DNA from: Methylorubrum extorquens
Lineage (GTDB): Bacteria; Pseudomonadota; Alphaproteobacteria; Rhizobiales; Beijerinckiaceae
Direction of reading: 5' to 3'
DNA length: 32,000 bases
Assembly (NCBI GenBank): GCA_900234795.1
Contig: LT962688.1
Coordinates: forward strand, 2,640,001-2,672,000
The translations under genes and the position numbers were made by a program. The notes below the pieces were generated by a model that worked only from the letters and a program-made list of their open reading frames with translations, was not told the origin of the DNA and made no database searches. Shown here piece by piece: positions 9,877-19,053 of this stretch (the first letter of the stretch is position 1; the number at the start of each line of letters is the position of its first letter).

Positions 9877-10599
9877 TCAGATGACCTCGACGCGGGTGCC
9901 GACCGGGGTGCGCTCGTAGAGGTCGATCACGTCCTCGTTCATCATGCGGATGCAGCCCGAGGACACGTTCTGCCCGATCGTGTGCGGCTCGTTGGTGCCG
10001 TGGATGCGGTAGAGCGAGGTCCCGAGATACATCGCGCGCGCACCGAGCGGGTTCTCCGGGCCGCCCACCATGTGCCGCGGAAGGTCGGGGCGGCGCCGCA
10101 GCATCTCGGCCGGCGGCGTCCAATCGGGCCATTCCCGCTTGGCCGAGATCGTCTTCGCCCCGGTCCAGACGAAGCCCGGCCGCCCGACGCCGATGCCGTA
10201 GCGGATCGCCTGCCCGGCCGGCTGGATCAGGTAGAGATACTTCGCGTTCGTATCGATCACGATCTGACCGGCCCGCCCCGGCCCGTCATAGGCGACGACC
10301 TGCCGGGCAAAGCGCGGATCGACCGTCCGCGCGATCAACCCTTCCTCGGGTGCCGGTCTGGTCGCCGGCCCGGTCGGCAGCGCCGCGAACCGGGCGCGCG
10401 GCTGAACGACCGCCACCGGACGCGGCTCGCCGAGAGCGCCGTAGCCGTCCACGGCGGGGCGCCGGGCCGGGCCATGCCCCTTCCCCGTCATGAGGAACTC
10501 GATGAAGCCGCCGCCGTAGCGGCCCGGCTCCGCCCGCGCTACCGCGCTCGAACCTATCAGCGCCAGCGCCGCCAGCGCCACGCCCCGCTTCGCCCGCAT
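9877..10599 (-). CDS. L,D-transpeptidase (YkuD domain)
   Basis: The signal peptide is MRAKRGVALAALALIGSSAVARA. The catalytic motif is YRIHGTNEPHTIGQNVSSGCIRM (HG...SxGCIR). Confidence 0.9.
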   Translation of the reverse strand: MRAKRGVALAALALIGSSAVARAEPGRYGGGFIEFLMTGKGHGPARRPAVDGYGALGEPRPVAVVQPRARFAALPTGPATRPAPEEGLIARTVDPRFARQVVAYDGPGRAGQIVIDTNAKYLYLIQPAGQAIRYGIGVGRPGFVWTGAKTISAKREWPDWTPPAEMLRRRPDLPRHMVGGPENPLGARAMYLGTSLYRIHGTNEPHTIGQNVSSGCIRMMNEDVIDLYERTPVGTRVEVI

Positions 10600-10828
10600 C
10601 TCCGACTCCCGCCCTGCCCACGTGATGCGGCAAGTCTTTTCCGGGCCGTGCCTGCGCGCGATGAACGGACGTGGTGAATCATTCGCTCCGGGGCTTGCGC
10701 CCCCGCTAAGTCCAAGTTGTCGTCAACGAGCCGTAAATGCCGCCGTTCCCCTGAAAACTTTCAGCAAATCGAAACGACTGCACGGGATTGTGTCAGGCAA
10801 GTTTTTACCTCGAAGGCCTGTCCGACCG

Positions 10829-11554
10829 ATGATCACCAAGCGCTACCGCATCGAGGAAAGCCTGGGCTTGCCCGTTCCGGCGGCCGGTATCTCTGCGGCT
10901 CCGGCGGAGTCAGCTCCGAATCCGCGGCTCGACGAAATCCTGACGGCGATCAACGACCTGCGTCGCATCACGCAGGCCAGTGCCGGCGAAACCATCGAGG
11001 CCTGCCGCCGCGAACTCGGCGAGGCGTTCGCCATGCGCCACGAACTCGAAGTGATGAAGGAAGCGATCACCCGCACCAAGGGCGAGATCGCGAGCCTTCA
11101 CCGCTCCGAGACCACGGGCAAGGGGATGCGCCGCGTCGCCGGCGAACTCGATGCGGTGGTCGAATCGACCGAACAGGCCACCTCGACGATCCTCGGCAGC
11201 ATCGAGCGGATCGAGACCAACGCCAACATGATGCGCGGCCTGCGTCTGACCAAGGCGGCGCAGGAGAATGTCGACGGCATCCTCGACAACGTCATCTCGG
11301 CCTATGAGGCCTGCAACTTCCAGGATCTCACCGGTCAGCGCATCAGCAAGATCGTCAACGTGCTGAAATTCGTCGAGGAGCATCTCGACCGCGTCATCGA
11401 GGCCTGGAGTGGGCTCGAAGGCTTCCGCGACCTGCTCGCGGTCGAGACGGCCGCGGTCGACGAGAACGACGAGAGCTCGCTCCTCAACGGACCGAAGCTT
11501 CAGGACGATCCCGGCCACGTCGATCAGTCGGACATCGACGCCCTGTTCGACTGA
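10829..11554 (+). CDS. cheZ: CheZ-like protein phosphatase (orphan; no che genes nearby)
   Basis: A 241-aa helical protein with [15 protein letters not shown], which corresponds to the CheZ active-site D-x-x-x-Q block (FQDLTGQ). The acidic C-terminal peptide QSDIDALFD resembles the CheY-binding tail. The ATG at 10829 is chosen over the ORF-track start at 10622. Confidence 0.75.
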   Translation: MITKRYRIEESLGLPVPAAGISAAPAESAPNPRLDEILTAINDLRRITQASAGETIEACRRELGEAFAMRHELEVMKEAITRTKGEIASLHRSETTGKGMRRVAGELDAVVESTEQATSTILGSIERIETNANMMRGLRLTKAAQENVDGILDNVISAYEACNFQDLTGQRISKIVNVLKFVEEHLDRVIEAWSGLEGFRDLLAVETAAVDENDESSLLNGPKLQDDPGHVDQSDIDALFD

Positions 11555-11649
11555 CGCTCCCCGTCGCAGGGCGATCGCATGAAGCGATTGTCCTGGCTCG
11601 GGCCGCCGCGGCCCTTTCAACCGGAATCGCCGCGGCTTACATCGGGGCC

Positions 11650-13698
11650 ATGAGCCGCGCGACCCGATCCGCCTTCGACGACGTCCCGCCCGACGGGTTC
11701 GACGAGGACGAGACCGAGGCTGCCTCCCTCGACGAGGCGCCCGAGATCGATTTCGATTTCGAGCCCGGTGCCGTCCAGGCGGGCACCGAGATCATCCGCC
11801 GATTCTGGTCGACCCTGCCGAACTCGCCGGGCGTGTACCGGATGTTCGACGCCAAGGGCGATGTGCTCTACGTCGGCAAGGCCAAGAACCTGAAGGCCCG
11901 CGTCGGCTCCTACGCCCGCGGCCAGGCGCATTCGAACCGTATCGCCCGCATGATCGCCCAGACGGCGGCGATGGAGTTCGTCACCACGGCGACCGAGACG
12001 GAAGCGCTGCTGCTGGAGGCCAACCTCATCAAGCAGTTGAAGCCGCGCTTCAACGTGCTGATGCGCGACGACAAGTCGTTCCCCTACATCCTGCTGACCA
12101 GCGACGGGCCGGCGCCGCAGATCGTCAAGCATCGCGGCGCGCGCCGCCGCAAGGGCAACTACTACGGCCCCTTCGCCAATGTTTGGGCGGTCAACCGCAC
12201 GGTGAACGCGCTCCAGCGCGCCTTCCTGATGCGGACCTGCTCGGACAGCTATTACGAGAACCGCACCCGGCCCTGCCTGCTCTACCAAATCAAGCGCTGC
12301 TCCGGCCCCTGCACCGGCGAGATCGCCCTCGAGGATTATAGCGCGCTCGCCGACAGCGCCCGCGCCTTCCTCTCGGGCAAGTCGAACGCGGTGAAGGACC
12401 GGATGCGCGAGGAGATGCAGCGCGCCTCCGAGGCGCTCGAATTCGAGCGTGCCGCGCGCTTCCGCGACCGCATCGCCGCGCTCTCGGCGATCCAGGGCGT
12501 GCAGGGGGTGAACACCCAGGGGGTCGAGGAGGCCGACGTGTTCGCCATCGACGAGCAGGCGGGCCAGTTCTGCATCGAGGTGTTCTTCTTCCGCAACTTC
12601 CAGAACTGGGGCAATCGCGCCTACTTCCCGAAGGCCGATCGCTCCATGAGCGCGGACGAGGTGCTGGCCTCGTTCATCTCGCAGTTCTACGACGACAAGC
12701 CGGCTCCGAAACTCGTCCTCGTCAGCCACACGATCGAGGATGCCGAACTCGTGGCCGCCGCCCTGTCGAGCCGGGTTGAGCACCGCGTCGAGGTCCACCA
12801 GCCGCAGCGGGGCGAGCGCAAGAACCTCGTCGATTACGCGCAGCGCAACGCCAAGGAGGCGCTCGGACGCCGGCTCGCCGACACCGCCTCGCAGGGCAAG
12901 TTGCTGACGGCTTTGGGCCAAGCCTTCGGCCTCGACAAGCCGCCGCGCCGTGTCGAGGTCTACGACAACTCGCATATTTCCGGCACGGCCGCGGTCGGCG
13001 GCATGATTGTCGCCGGACCGACCGGCTTCATGAAGACGCATTACCGCACCTTCAACATCAAGTCGGAGGAGCTGAGCCCCGGCGACGATTTCGGGATGAT
13101 GCGTGAGGTGCTGACCCGCCGTTTCAAGCGGCTGGCCAAGGAGGCGCCGCGCACGCCGCGGGAGGGCGAGGCCGGCGAACCGCAGACTGCGGACCAGGCC
13201 GTTCCGGCGGTGGCCGAAGTGCAAGACGATCCCGACGCTTTCCCCGCCTGGCCCGACCTCGTTCTGATCGACGGCGGCGCCGGGCAGTTGGAGGCGGCCC
13301 GCGCCTCGCTCGCCGAGATCGGCGTGACCGGCGTGCCGCTGGTCGGCATCGCCAAGGGTCGCGACCGCGATGCCGGCCGCGAGACGTTCTTCGTGCCCGG
13401 CCGCAGCCCGTTTAAGCTGCCGCCGCGCGATCCCGTGCTCTATTTCGTGCAGCGCCTGCGCGACGAGGCTCACCGTTTCGCGATCGGCACCCACCGGGCA
13501 CGGCGCAAGCGCGAGATGACGAAAAACCCGCTCGACGAGATTGCCGGGATCGGCCCCACTCGCAAGCGCGCGCTGCTGCACCATTTCGGCACGGTGAAAG
13601 CCATCGAACGCGCTGCCTTGGAGGATCTCGCCAAGGCGCCGGGCGTGAACGCCGCCACCGCGCGGGCGGTCTACGACTTCTTCCATGCCAATGCTTGA
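11650..13698 (+). CDS. uvrC: Excinuclease ABC subunit C
   Basis: The GIY-YIG block is [25 protein letters not shown]. The UVR domain is [22 protein letters not shown]. The C-terminal (HhH)2 region is [18 protein letters not shown]. Confidence 0.95.
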   Translation: MSRATRSAFDDVPPDGFDEDETEAASLDEAPEIDFDFEPGAVQAGTEIIRRFWSTLPNSPGVYRMFDAKGDVLYVGKAKNLKARVGSYARGQAHSNRIARMIAQTAAMEFVTTATETEALLLEANLIKQLKPRFNVLMRDDKSFPYILLTSDGPAPQIVKHRGARRRKGNYYGPFANVWAVNRTVNALQRAFLMRTCSDSYYENRTRPCLLYQIKRCSGPCTGEIALEDYSALADSARAFLSGKSNAVKDRMREEMQRASEALEFERAARFRDRIAALSAIQGVQGVNTQGVEEADVFAIDEQAGQFCIEVFFFRNFQNWGNRAYFPKADRSMSADEVLASFISQFYDDKPAPKLVLVSHTIEDAELVAAALSSRVEHRVEVHQPQRGERKNLVDYAQRNAKEALGRRLADTASQGKLLTALGQAFGLDKPPRRVEVYDNSHISGTAAVGGMIVAGPTGFMKTHYRTFNIKSEELSPGDDFGMMREVLTRRFKRLAKEAPRTPREGEAGEPQTADQAVPAVAEVQDDPDAFPAWPDLVLIDGGAGQLEAARASLAEIGVTGVPLVGIAKGRDRDAGRETFFVPGRSPFKLPPRDPVLYFVQRLRDEAHRFAIGTHRARRKREMTKNPLDEIAGIGPTRKRALLHHFGTVKAIERAALEDLAKAPGVNAATARAVYDFFHANA

Positions 13699-13783
13699 GC
13701 CGAGCCCCGTGCCGAGAGAGCCCGCACCCGATGCAGCGACGCCGCGGTTGACGCCCCCCGCCGCCCGTGATTTCACCCCGGCG

Positions 13784-14383
13784 ATGAACGCCGTCCTCCC
13801 CCGACGCCGGTCGCAGGCCTGGACGCTCGCGAACTGCCTCACCTACGGCCGCCTCGTCGCGGTGCCGGTCGTCGTCGTCCTGCTGTTCTGGCCGGACGAG
13901 TTCGCCGCGCGCTGGACCGCCTTCGGCGTGTTCGTAGCCGCCGCGATCACCGATTATCTCGACGGCTACGTCGCCCGCGCCTGGGCGCAGAGTTCGGCGC
14001 TCGGGCGGATGCTCGATCCGATCGCCGACAAGCTCCTCGTTGCCGCCCTCCTCCTGATGCTGGCGGCCGACCGCACCATCGCCGGCATGTCGCTCTGGGC
14101 GGCTATCGTCATCCTGTGCCGCGAGGTGCTGGTCTCCGGCCTGCGCGAGTACCTGGCGGAGCTGAAGGTCGGTCTGCCGGTCAGCCGCATCGCCAAGTGG
14201 AAGACGACGGTCCAGCTCATCGCCCTCGGCTTCCTCGTCGCCGGCCCGGCCGGCGAGGCCGTCCTTCCCGGTAGCCTCACCGCCGGCATCGTCCTGCTCT
14301 GGCTCGCCGCGGCCCTCACGCTCTACACCGGCTGGGACTACATGAGGGCCGGGATCCGGCACGTGATCGACGATCCGCGCTGA
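13784..14383 (+). CDS. pgsA: CDP-diacylglycerol--glycerol-3-phosphate 3-phosphatidyltransferase
   Basis: The CDP-alcohol phosphatidyltransferase motif is DYLDGYVARAWAQSSALGRMLDPIADK. The start is ambiguous. ATG 13784 gives 199 aa. ATG 13685 overlaps the uvrC end and gives 232 aa with a Pro/Ala-rich leader. Confidence 0.88.
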   Translation: MNAVLPRRRSQAWTLANCLTYGRLVAVPVVVVLLFWPDEFAARWTAFGVFVAAAITDYLDGYVARAWAQSSALGRMLDPIADKLLVAALLLMLAADRTIAGMSLWAAIVILCREVLVSGLREYLAELKVGLPVSRIAKWKTTVQLIALGFLVAGPAGEAVLPGSLTAGIVLLWLAAALTLYTGWDYMRAGIRHVIDDPR

Positions 14384-14437
14384 TTGTTTTGGGATTCTTT
14401 GGCGCGGCACTGCGAGGCGCCGCCGGGGATGAATGCG

Positions 14438-14689
14438 ATGAACCTCGTCTACTTCGCCTGGGTGCGCGAGCGCGTCGGCAAGCCCGAAGAGACGGTGAGC
14501 CCCCCCGAGGGCATCGCCACCGTCGCCGACCTGATCGGCTGGCTGAGGACGCGGGGTGAGGAATACGCCTACGCCTTCGAGAACGAGGGCGTGGTGCGTG
14601 CAGCGATCGACCGGGTCCACGCCAAGCCCGGCAGCGCCATCGCCGGAGCGCAGGAGATCGCCTTCTTCCCGCCGATGACGGGCGGCTGA
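14438..14689 (+). CDS. moaD: Molybdopterin synthase sulfur-carrier subunit
   Basis: An 83-aa ThiS/MoaD-fold protein ending in FFPPMTGG, the diagnostic C-terminal GG. The uvrC-pgsA-moaD order is conserved in relatives. Confidence 0.85.
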   Translation: MNLVYFAWVRERVGKPEETVSPPEGIATVADLIGWLRTRGEEYAYAFENEGVVRAAIDRVHAKPGSAIAGAQEIAFFPPMTGG

Positions 14690-14753
14690 GACAGGGCCGC
14701 GGCCCCGAGGGGACGGTTCGACCAATCTCTGGGACGCCGGGTCAAGAGGAGCG

Positions 14754-14776
14754 AGCGGCTTGCCTGCCGCTTTTGG
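14754..14776 (+). terminator. Weak rho-independent terminator after moaD
   Basis: AGCGGC, loop TTGCCT, then GCCGCT followed by TTTGG. The stem is only 6 bp and the T-tract is short. Confidence 0.4.
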
Positions 14777-14811
14777 TGCCGGCCTGATCCGCAGAAGGGC
14801 GCGATGCCCCG

Positions 14812-15742
14812 TCAGCTCAGCGCGTCCCGGAACGCGCTCAGATTGGCACGCATCATTTCCAGATAGCCGGGGGCCGGCCCGCCCGGCGCGCTCAGCGCGT
14901 CGGAGTAGATCCGCCCACCGACCTTGGCGCCGCTCTCGCGGGCGATCTGCTGCATCAGCCGTGGGTCGGCGATGCTCTCCACGAACACCGCCGGCACCTT
15001 GTCCCGGCGGATCTGGCGGATGATGCGGGCGACATCCTTCGGGCCGGCCTCGCTATCCGTGGAGATGCCCTGCGGCGCCAGGAAGCGCATGCCGTAGGCG
15101 GCGCTGAAATAGCCGAAGGAATCGTGCGTGGTGATGATGCGCCGCCGCTCCTCCGGGATCGCACCCAGAGCCGAGCGGATCTCCGCGTCGAGCGCGTCGA
15201 GCTTCTGCGTGTAGGCGGCGGCGTTGGCGGCATAGAGCGAGGCGTGGTCCGGGTCGGCGGCGCTGAGGCCGTCGCGGATGTTAGCGACGTAGAGCTTGGC
15301 GTTCGCCACGTTCTGCCAGGCATGCGGATCGGGGTGGTCGCCGTGATCGTGTCCGTGATCCTCGGCGTGATCGTGGTCGTGGCTGCCCGCGACCGTCTTC
15401 ACCCCCCTTGGAGGCGACGGTGACCGGCGCCTTGGTGCCCGAGGCCTTGATCAGCCGCTCCATCCAGCCCTCGAAGCCGAGGCCGTTGACAACGACGAGA
15501 TTCGCCTCGGCCAGCTTGCGGGCGTCGCCCGGCGTGGGGGAGTAGCCGTGAGCGTCCGCATCCGGCCCGACGAGGCTCGTCACGGCGACTTGTTCGCCGC
15601 CGACCTGCGCCACGAGATCGGCCAGGATCGAGAAGGTCGCCACCGCCTTCAGCCGCGCGCCGTCCGCCGCGGCGATCGACGGCGCGAGGCCGAGCCACAG
15701 CAGAACAACGATGGCGACGCCGCGCCCCACGCCCAAACCCAT
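14812..15742 (-). pseudogene. znuA: Zinc ABC transporter substrate-binding protein (TroA/ZnuA family), frame broken by a 1-nt insertion in a C6 run
   Basis: ORF 15281..15742 gives a signal peptide and LKAVATFSILADLV...VVNGLGFEGWMERL...PVTVASKG. ORF 14812..15402 continues VKTVAGSHDHDHAEDHGHDHGDHPDPHAW (a His-rich ZnuA loop) ...THDSFGYF...AVFVES. Deleting one C from CCCCCC (15402-15407) fuses them into a 309-aa protein. Confidence 0.85.
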
Positions 15743-15767
15743 ACCGAAACTCCTCCGCTCGGTCGCG

Positions 15768-15788
15768 GTGATAATGTAACATTATCAC
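15768..15788. promoter_or_regulatory. Fur-family (probably Zur) operator: perfect 21-bp palindrome
   Basis: GTGATAATGT-A-ACATTATCAC lies 26-46 bp upstream of the znuA ATG (15742). It is AT-rich in a GC-rich region and resembles Fur/Zur box half-sites (GATAATG / CATTATC). Confidence 0.6.
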
Positions 15789-16014
15789 ATCGCCAAGGGC
15801 TGGGTTGCGATTGTTCAGCGGAGAACGGGCTGGGTTGCCAATAGGGAGAAGCGTCCCTGGAGCAGACCGGGTGCGCACCGCCACCGGCACCAGGACGAGT
15901 ATTGCGCGGCGGCCGCGTTCGCGGCGGGTGACCGCCTGCGCTTGATCCACGGCCCTTACGGCTGCAAACACCGCGGGCCCCGGCGTTCCGCCGGGGTCAG
16001 CACAGACACGGTAC

Positions 16015-17809
16015 ATGATGGCGCGCCGGCCGCTCCTGAGAGGCGACACCCTTCCCCCTGCTCGGGCGGCTCTGGCGGGAGTGGCTCGCCCCGCACCGCG
16101 CCACGCTCGCGGTGGTGCTCGTGCTCATCACCGTCGTCGGCGTGGCGACGGGACTCTACCCCGCCCTCATCAAGGCCGCCTTCGACGCGTTCGACCGCAA
16201 GGACATGAGCGCCCTCGCCTATGGCCCGCTCATCGTCATCGCGGTCACCTCCGCACGCGGCTTCGCCCTGTTCGGGCAGACGGTGCTGACCAACCGGGTC
16301 GTCACCCGCGTCGAGGCCGACATGCAGGCCGCGCTCTATGCCCACCTGATCGATGCCGACCTCGCCCAGCTCGGCCGCGAGAGCCCGGCGGCCTTCACCC
16401 AGCGCTTCACCACCGATTTCGCCTTCATCAAGGAGGCGCTGACCCGCATCTCGACGGTGCTGCTGCGCGATGTGGCGATGCTGGCCGCCCTGGTGATCGC
16501 GCTGGTCTGGATGGACCCGCTGCTGACGCTCGCCGCCGCGGTCACCGCCCCCCTCGTCGCCGGCCCGGTCAACCGGATCGGCAAGCGGCTGCGCCAGGTC
16601 TCGACCACGACTCAGGAGCAGATGGGCGCCACCGCGAGCCTCATCACCGAGAGCCTCCAGGGCGCCCGCGTCGCCAAGACCTACGCCCTCGAAGGCTATC
16701 TCAAGGACCGCGCGGCGCAGGCGCTGGACGAGGTGCGCCGCCTCAAGATGAAGGCGGCCAACGCGCGCGGACGGCTCGACCCGCTGATGGAGATCGGCGG
16801 CGGTCTCGCGGTGGCGGGCGTTCTGGTGCTGGTGGGCCAGCGGGTGATGTCGGGCGACCGCACCGTCGGCGATTTCACCGGCTACGTCGCCGCGCTCCTC
16901 CTCGCCGCCCAGCCGGCTCGGGCGCTCGGCACCCTCAACGCCATCCTGCAGGAGGCGGCGGCGGCGCTGACGCGCTACTTCGCCCTGATGGACGAGCAGC
17001 CGACGATCCGCGAATCCGCGTCGGCCCGGCCGCTCACGGTGTCACGGGGCGAGATCCGCTTCGAGAACGTGCATTTCCGCTACCGGGCCGACGCGCTCGC
17101 CCTCGAGGGCATCGACCTCGTGGTGCCCGCGGGCTCGACCACGGCGCTCGTCGGGCGCTCCGGCTCCGGCAAATCCTCGCTGCTCAACCTCGTCCCCCGG
17201 CTTCAGGACGTGACGGCGGGCCGGGTCCTCATCGACGGCACCGATGTGCGCGACGTGACCATCGCCTCCCTGCGCGCGGCGATCGCGGTGGTGTCGCAGG
17301 AAGTGGTGCTGTTCGACGACACCGTCGCCGCCAATATCGGCTTCGGCCGGCCCGGCGCGACGCAGGACGAGATCGAGGCGGCCGCAAGGGCCGCAGCGGC
17401 CCACGGGTTCATTAGCCGTCTGGGCGAGGGCTACGCATTCAGGGTCGGGCCGGGCGGTGGACGGCTCTCGGGCGGTGAGCGCCAGCGCATCTCGCTGGCC
17501 CGCGCCTTCCTCAAGAATGCGCCGATCCTGCTCCTCGACGAAGCGACCTCCGCCCTCGATTCCGAATCCGAGCATCTCGTGCAGGAGGCGCTGGAGCGGC
17601 TGATGCGCGGGCGCACGACGCTGGTGATCGCCCACCGCCTCTCGACCGTGCGCGAGGCGAACCGCATCGCGGTGCTGGAGGCGGGTCGGGTGATCGAACT
17701 CGGGCGCCACGACGAACTGGTGGCCGCGAGCGGCACCTATGCGCGCCTGCACCGGCTGCAATTGTCGGACGATTCGGGCGTATCGAAAGCCCAGGCGGCC
17801 CCGGTCTGA
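16015..17809 (+). CDS. ABC transporter ATP-binding protein/permease (MsbA-like exporter); apparent 1-nt frameshift near the 5' end (uninterrupted ORF 16112..17809)
   Basis: The protein has six-TM exporter architecture followed by Walker A GRSGSGKSS, signature LSGGERQR and Walker B ILLLDEATSALD. In frame upstream of GTG 16112 is the start-less peptide LLGRLWREWLAPHRATLA, which is a typical exporter N-terminus, bounded by a stop at 16037. ATG 16015 in the neighbouring frame gives MMARRPLLRGDTLPP. Removing one C from CCCCC (16054-16058) joins them into a 597-aa protein. Confidence 0.8.
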
Positions 17810-17905
17810 AAGTGCCAGCATGAAATCGGCCGGCGCGAATCGATCGGCCTCATGCCACCCGCGCGGCCTCTCGCGCGTAGTTCCCGGTCACGACGGGAGC
17901 CAGAG

Positions 17906-18946
17906 ATGCGGTCAGAGCCATTCGGAACGACGCGGGCCGGTGAGCGCGTCACGCGGCACACCCTCGTGCGCGACGATCTGCGGGTTCAGGTGATCGATTA
18001 CGGCGCGATCGTCACTGCCATCGAGGTGCCGGACCGGGAGGGCCGCCGCGCCAACGTCGTCCTCGCCCTCGATACGGTGGAGGACTACGAGACCGTGAGC
18101 CCGCATTTCGGGGCGATTGCCGGGCGCTACGCCAACCGCATCGCCAAGGGGCGCTTCACCCTCGACGGGACCACTTTCGAACTGCCGATCAACGAGCCGC
18201 CCAATTCCATGCATGGCGGCCCCGGGGGGTTCGCCAAGCGCCTCTGGCAGGTGGCGGAGGCGGACGAAACACGGGTCGTGCTGAGGCGGCGCAGCCCCGA
18301 CGGCGAGGAGGGCTTTCCGGGCAATCTCGACGTGGAGGTCGTCTACAGCCTGCCCGAGCCCGGAACGTTGCGCATCGATTGCCGCGCCGAGACCGACCGG
18401 CCGACGGTGCTGAACCTGACCAATCACAGCTATTTCAACCTCGCCGGCGAGGGCACGGGCGACGTGATGGACCACGTCGTGCAGATCGTCGCCGACGCCT
18501 ACACCCCGACCGACGCAACGCAGATCCCGACCGGAATCATCGCGCCGGTTGCCGGCACGCCCCTCGATTTCCGCGAGCCGACGCCGCTCGGTGCGCGCAT
18601 TCGGCAGGGTGACGAGCAGATCGTGATCGCGGGTGGCTACGACCATACCTACGCTCTGCGAGAACCCGCCGGCACGCTGCGCCCGGCAGCCTCCTGCTTC
18701 TGCCCGGCCAGCGGGCGGCGCCTCGACGTCGCGACGACCCAGCCGGCGCTGCAACTCTACAGCGGCAACAATCTCGACGGCTCGCTGGTCGGCCCGTCCG
18801 GCCGCACCTACCGCTCGGGCGACGGCGTCTGCTTCGAGGCGCAGGGGTTTCCCGATGCGCCGAACCACCCGAACTTTCCGAGCACGGTCCTGAGGCCGGG
18901 GGAGGTTTTCACCTCGATCAGTACCTACCGGTTCTCGGTCGGCTGA
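17906..18946 (+). CDS. galM: Aldose 1-epimerase (galactose mutarotase family)
   Basis: The motifs GAIAGRYANRIAKGRFTLDG, NSMHGGPGGFAKRLW, LNLTNHSYFNL and FEAQGFPDAPN are mutarotase signatures. The ATG at 17906 has the SD GGGAG upstream. Confidence 0.85.
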   Translation: MRSEPFGTTRAGERVTRHTLVRDDLRVQVIDYGAIVTAIEVPDREGRRANVVLALDTVEDYETVSPHFGAIAGRYANRIAKGRFTLDGTTFELPINEPPNSMHGGPGGFAKRLWQVAEADETRVVLRRRSPDGEEGFPGNLDVEVVYSLPEPGTLRIDCRAETDRPTVLNLTNHSYFNLAGEGTGDVMDHVVQIVADAYTPTDATQIPTGIIAPVAGTPLDFREPTPLGARIRQGDEQIVIAGGYDHTYALREPAGTLRPAASCFCPASGRRLDVATTQPALQLYSGNNLDGSLVGPSGRTYRSGDGVCFEAQGFPDAPNHPNFPSTVLRPGEVFTSISTYRFSVG

Positions 18947-19015
18947 GCGGACGAGCCCGTCACAAAGCAAGGAAAGAGACGAGCCTGAACAGGGGCGCTT
19001 GACATCCGTCTCGTT

Positions 19016-19053
19016 TGGTCTGAAATTTCTGTCATGACAGAAATTTCAGACCA
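19016..19053. promoter_or_regulatory. Perfect 38-bp palindrome overlapping the regulator start codon (candidate operator), with -35 TTGACA at 18999-19004
   Basis: TGGTCTGAAATTTCTGTCA|TGACAGAAATTTCAGACCA was verified base by base: 19016 pairs with 19053 and so on inward. The centre falls inside ATG 19034-19036. TTGACA followed by a 16-17 nt spacer and TGAAAT/GAAATT places a predicted TSS at or near the ATG. Confidence 0.55.

Noticed and set aside
13685-13783. A longer PgsA N-terminus starting at ATG 13685 and overlapping the uvrC stop; a C6 run at 13754-13759 lies within it.
   Set aside because: It cannot be decided by eye. The extension is Pro/Ala-rich and non-conserved in appearance, and testing a 1-nt correction at the C6 run yields no better frame. 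ATG 13784 is kept as the working start, with the ambiguity noted.
11617-13842. Very long antisense ORFs. Examples are the 741-aa ORF opposite uvrC, 810..2255, 2514..3698, 5493..6710, 13412..14725, 17912..18970, 21796..23307, 23058..24239 and 30617..31906.
   Set aside because: Their translations are Arg/Ala/Gly/Pro-rich, without recognisable motifs. This is the usual shadow-ORF artefact of roughly 70% GC DNA. In every case the opposite strand or another frame encodes a clearly recognisable conserved protein.
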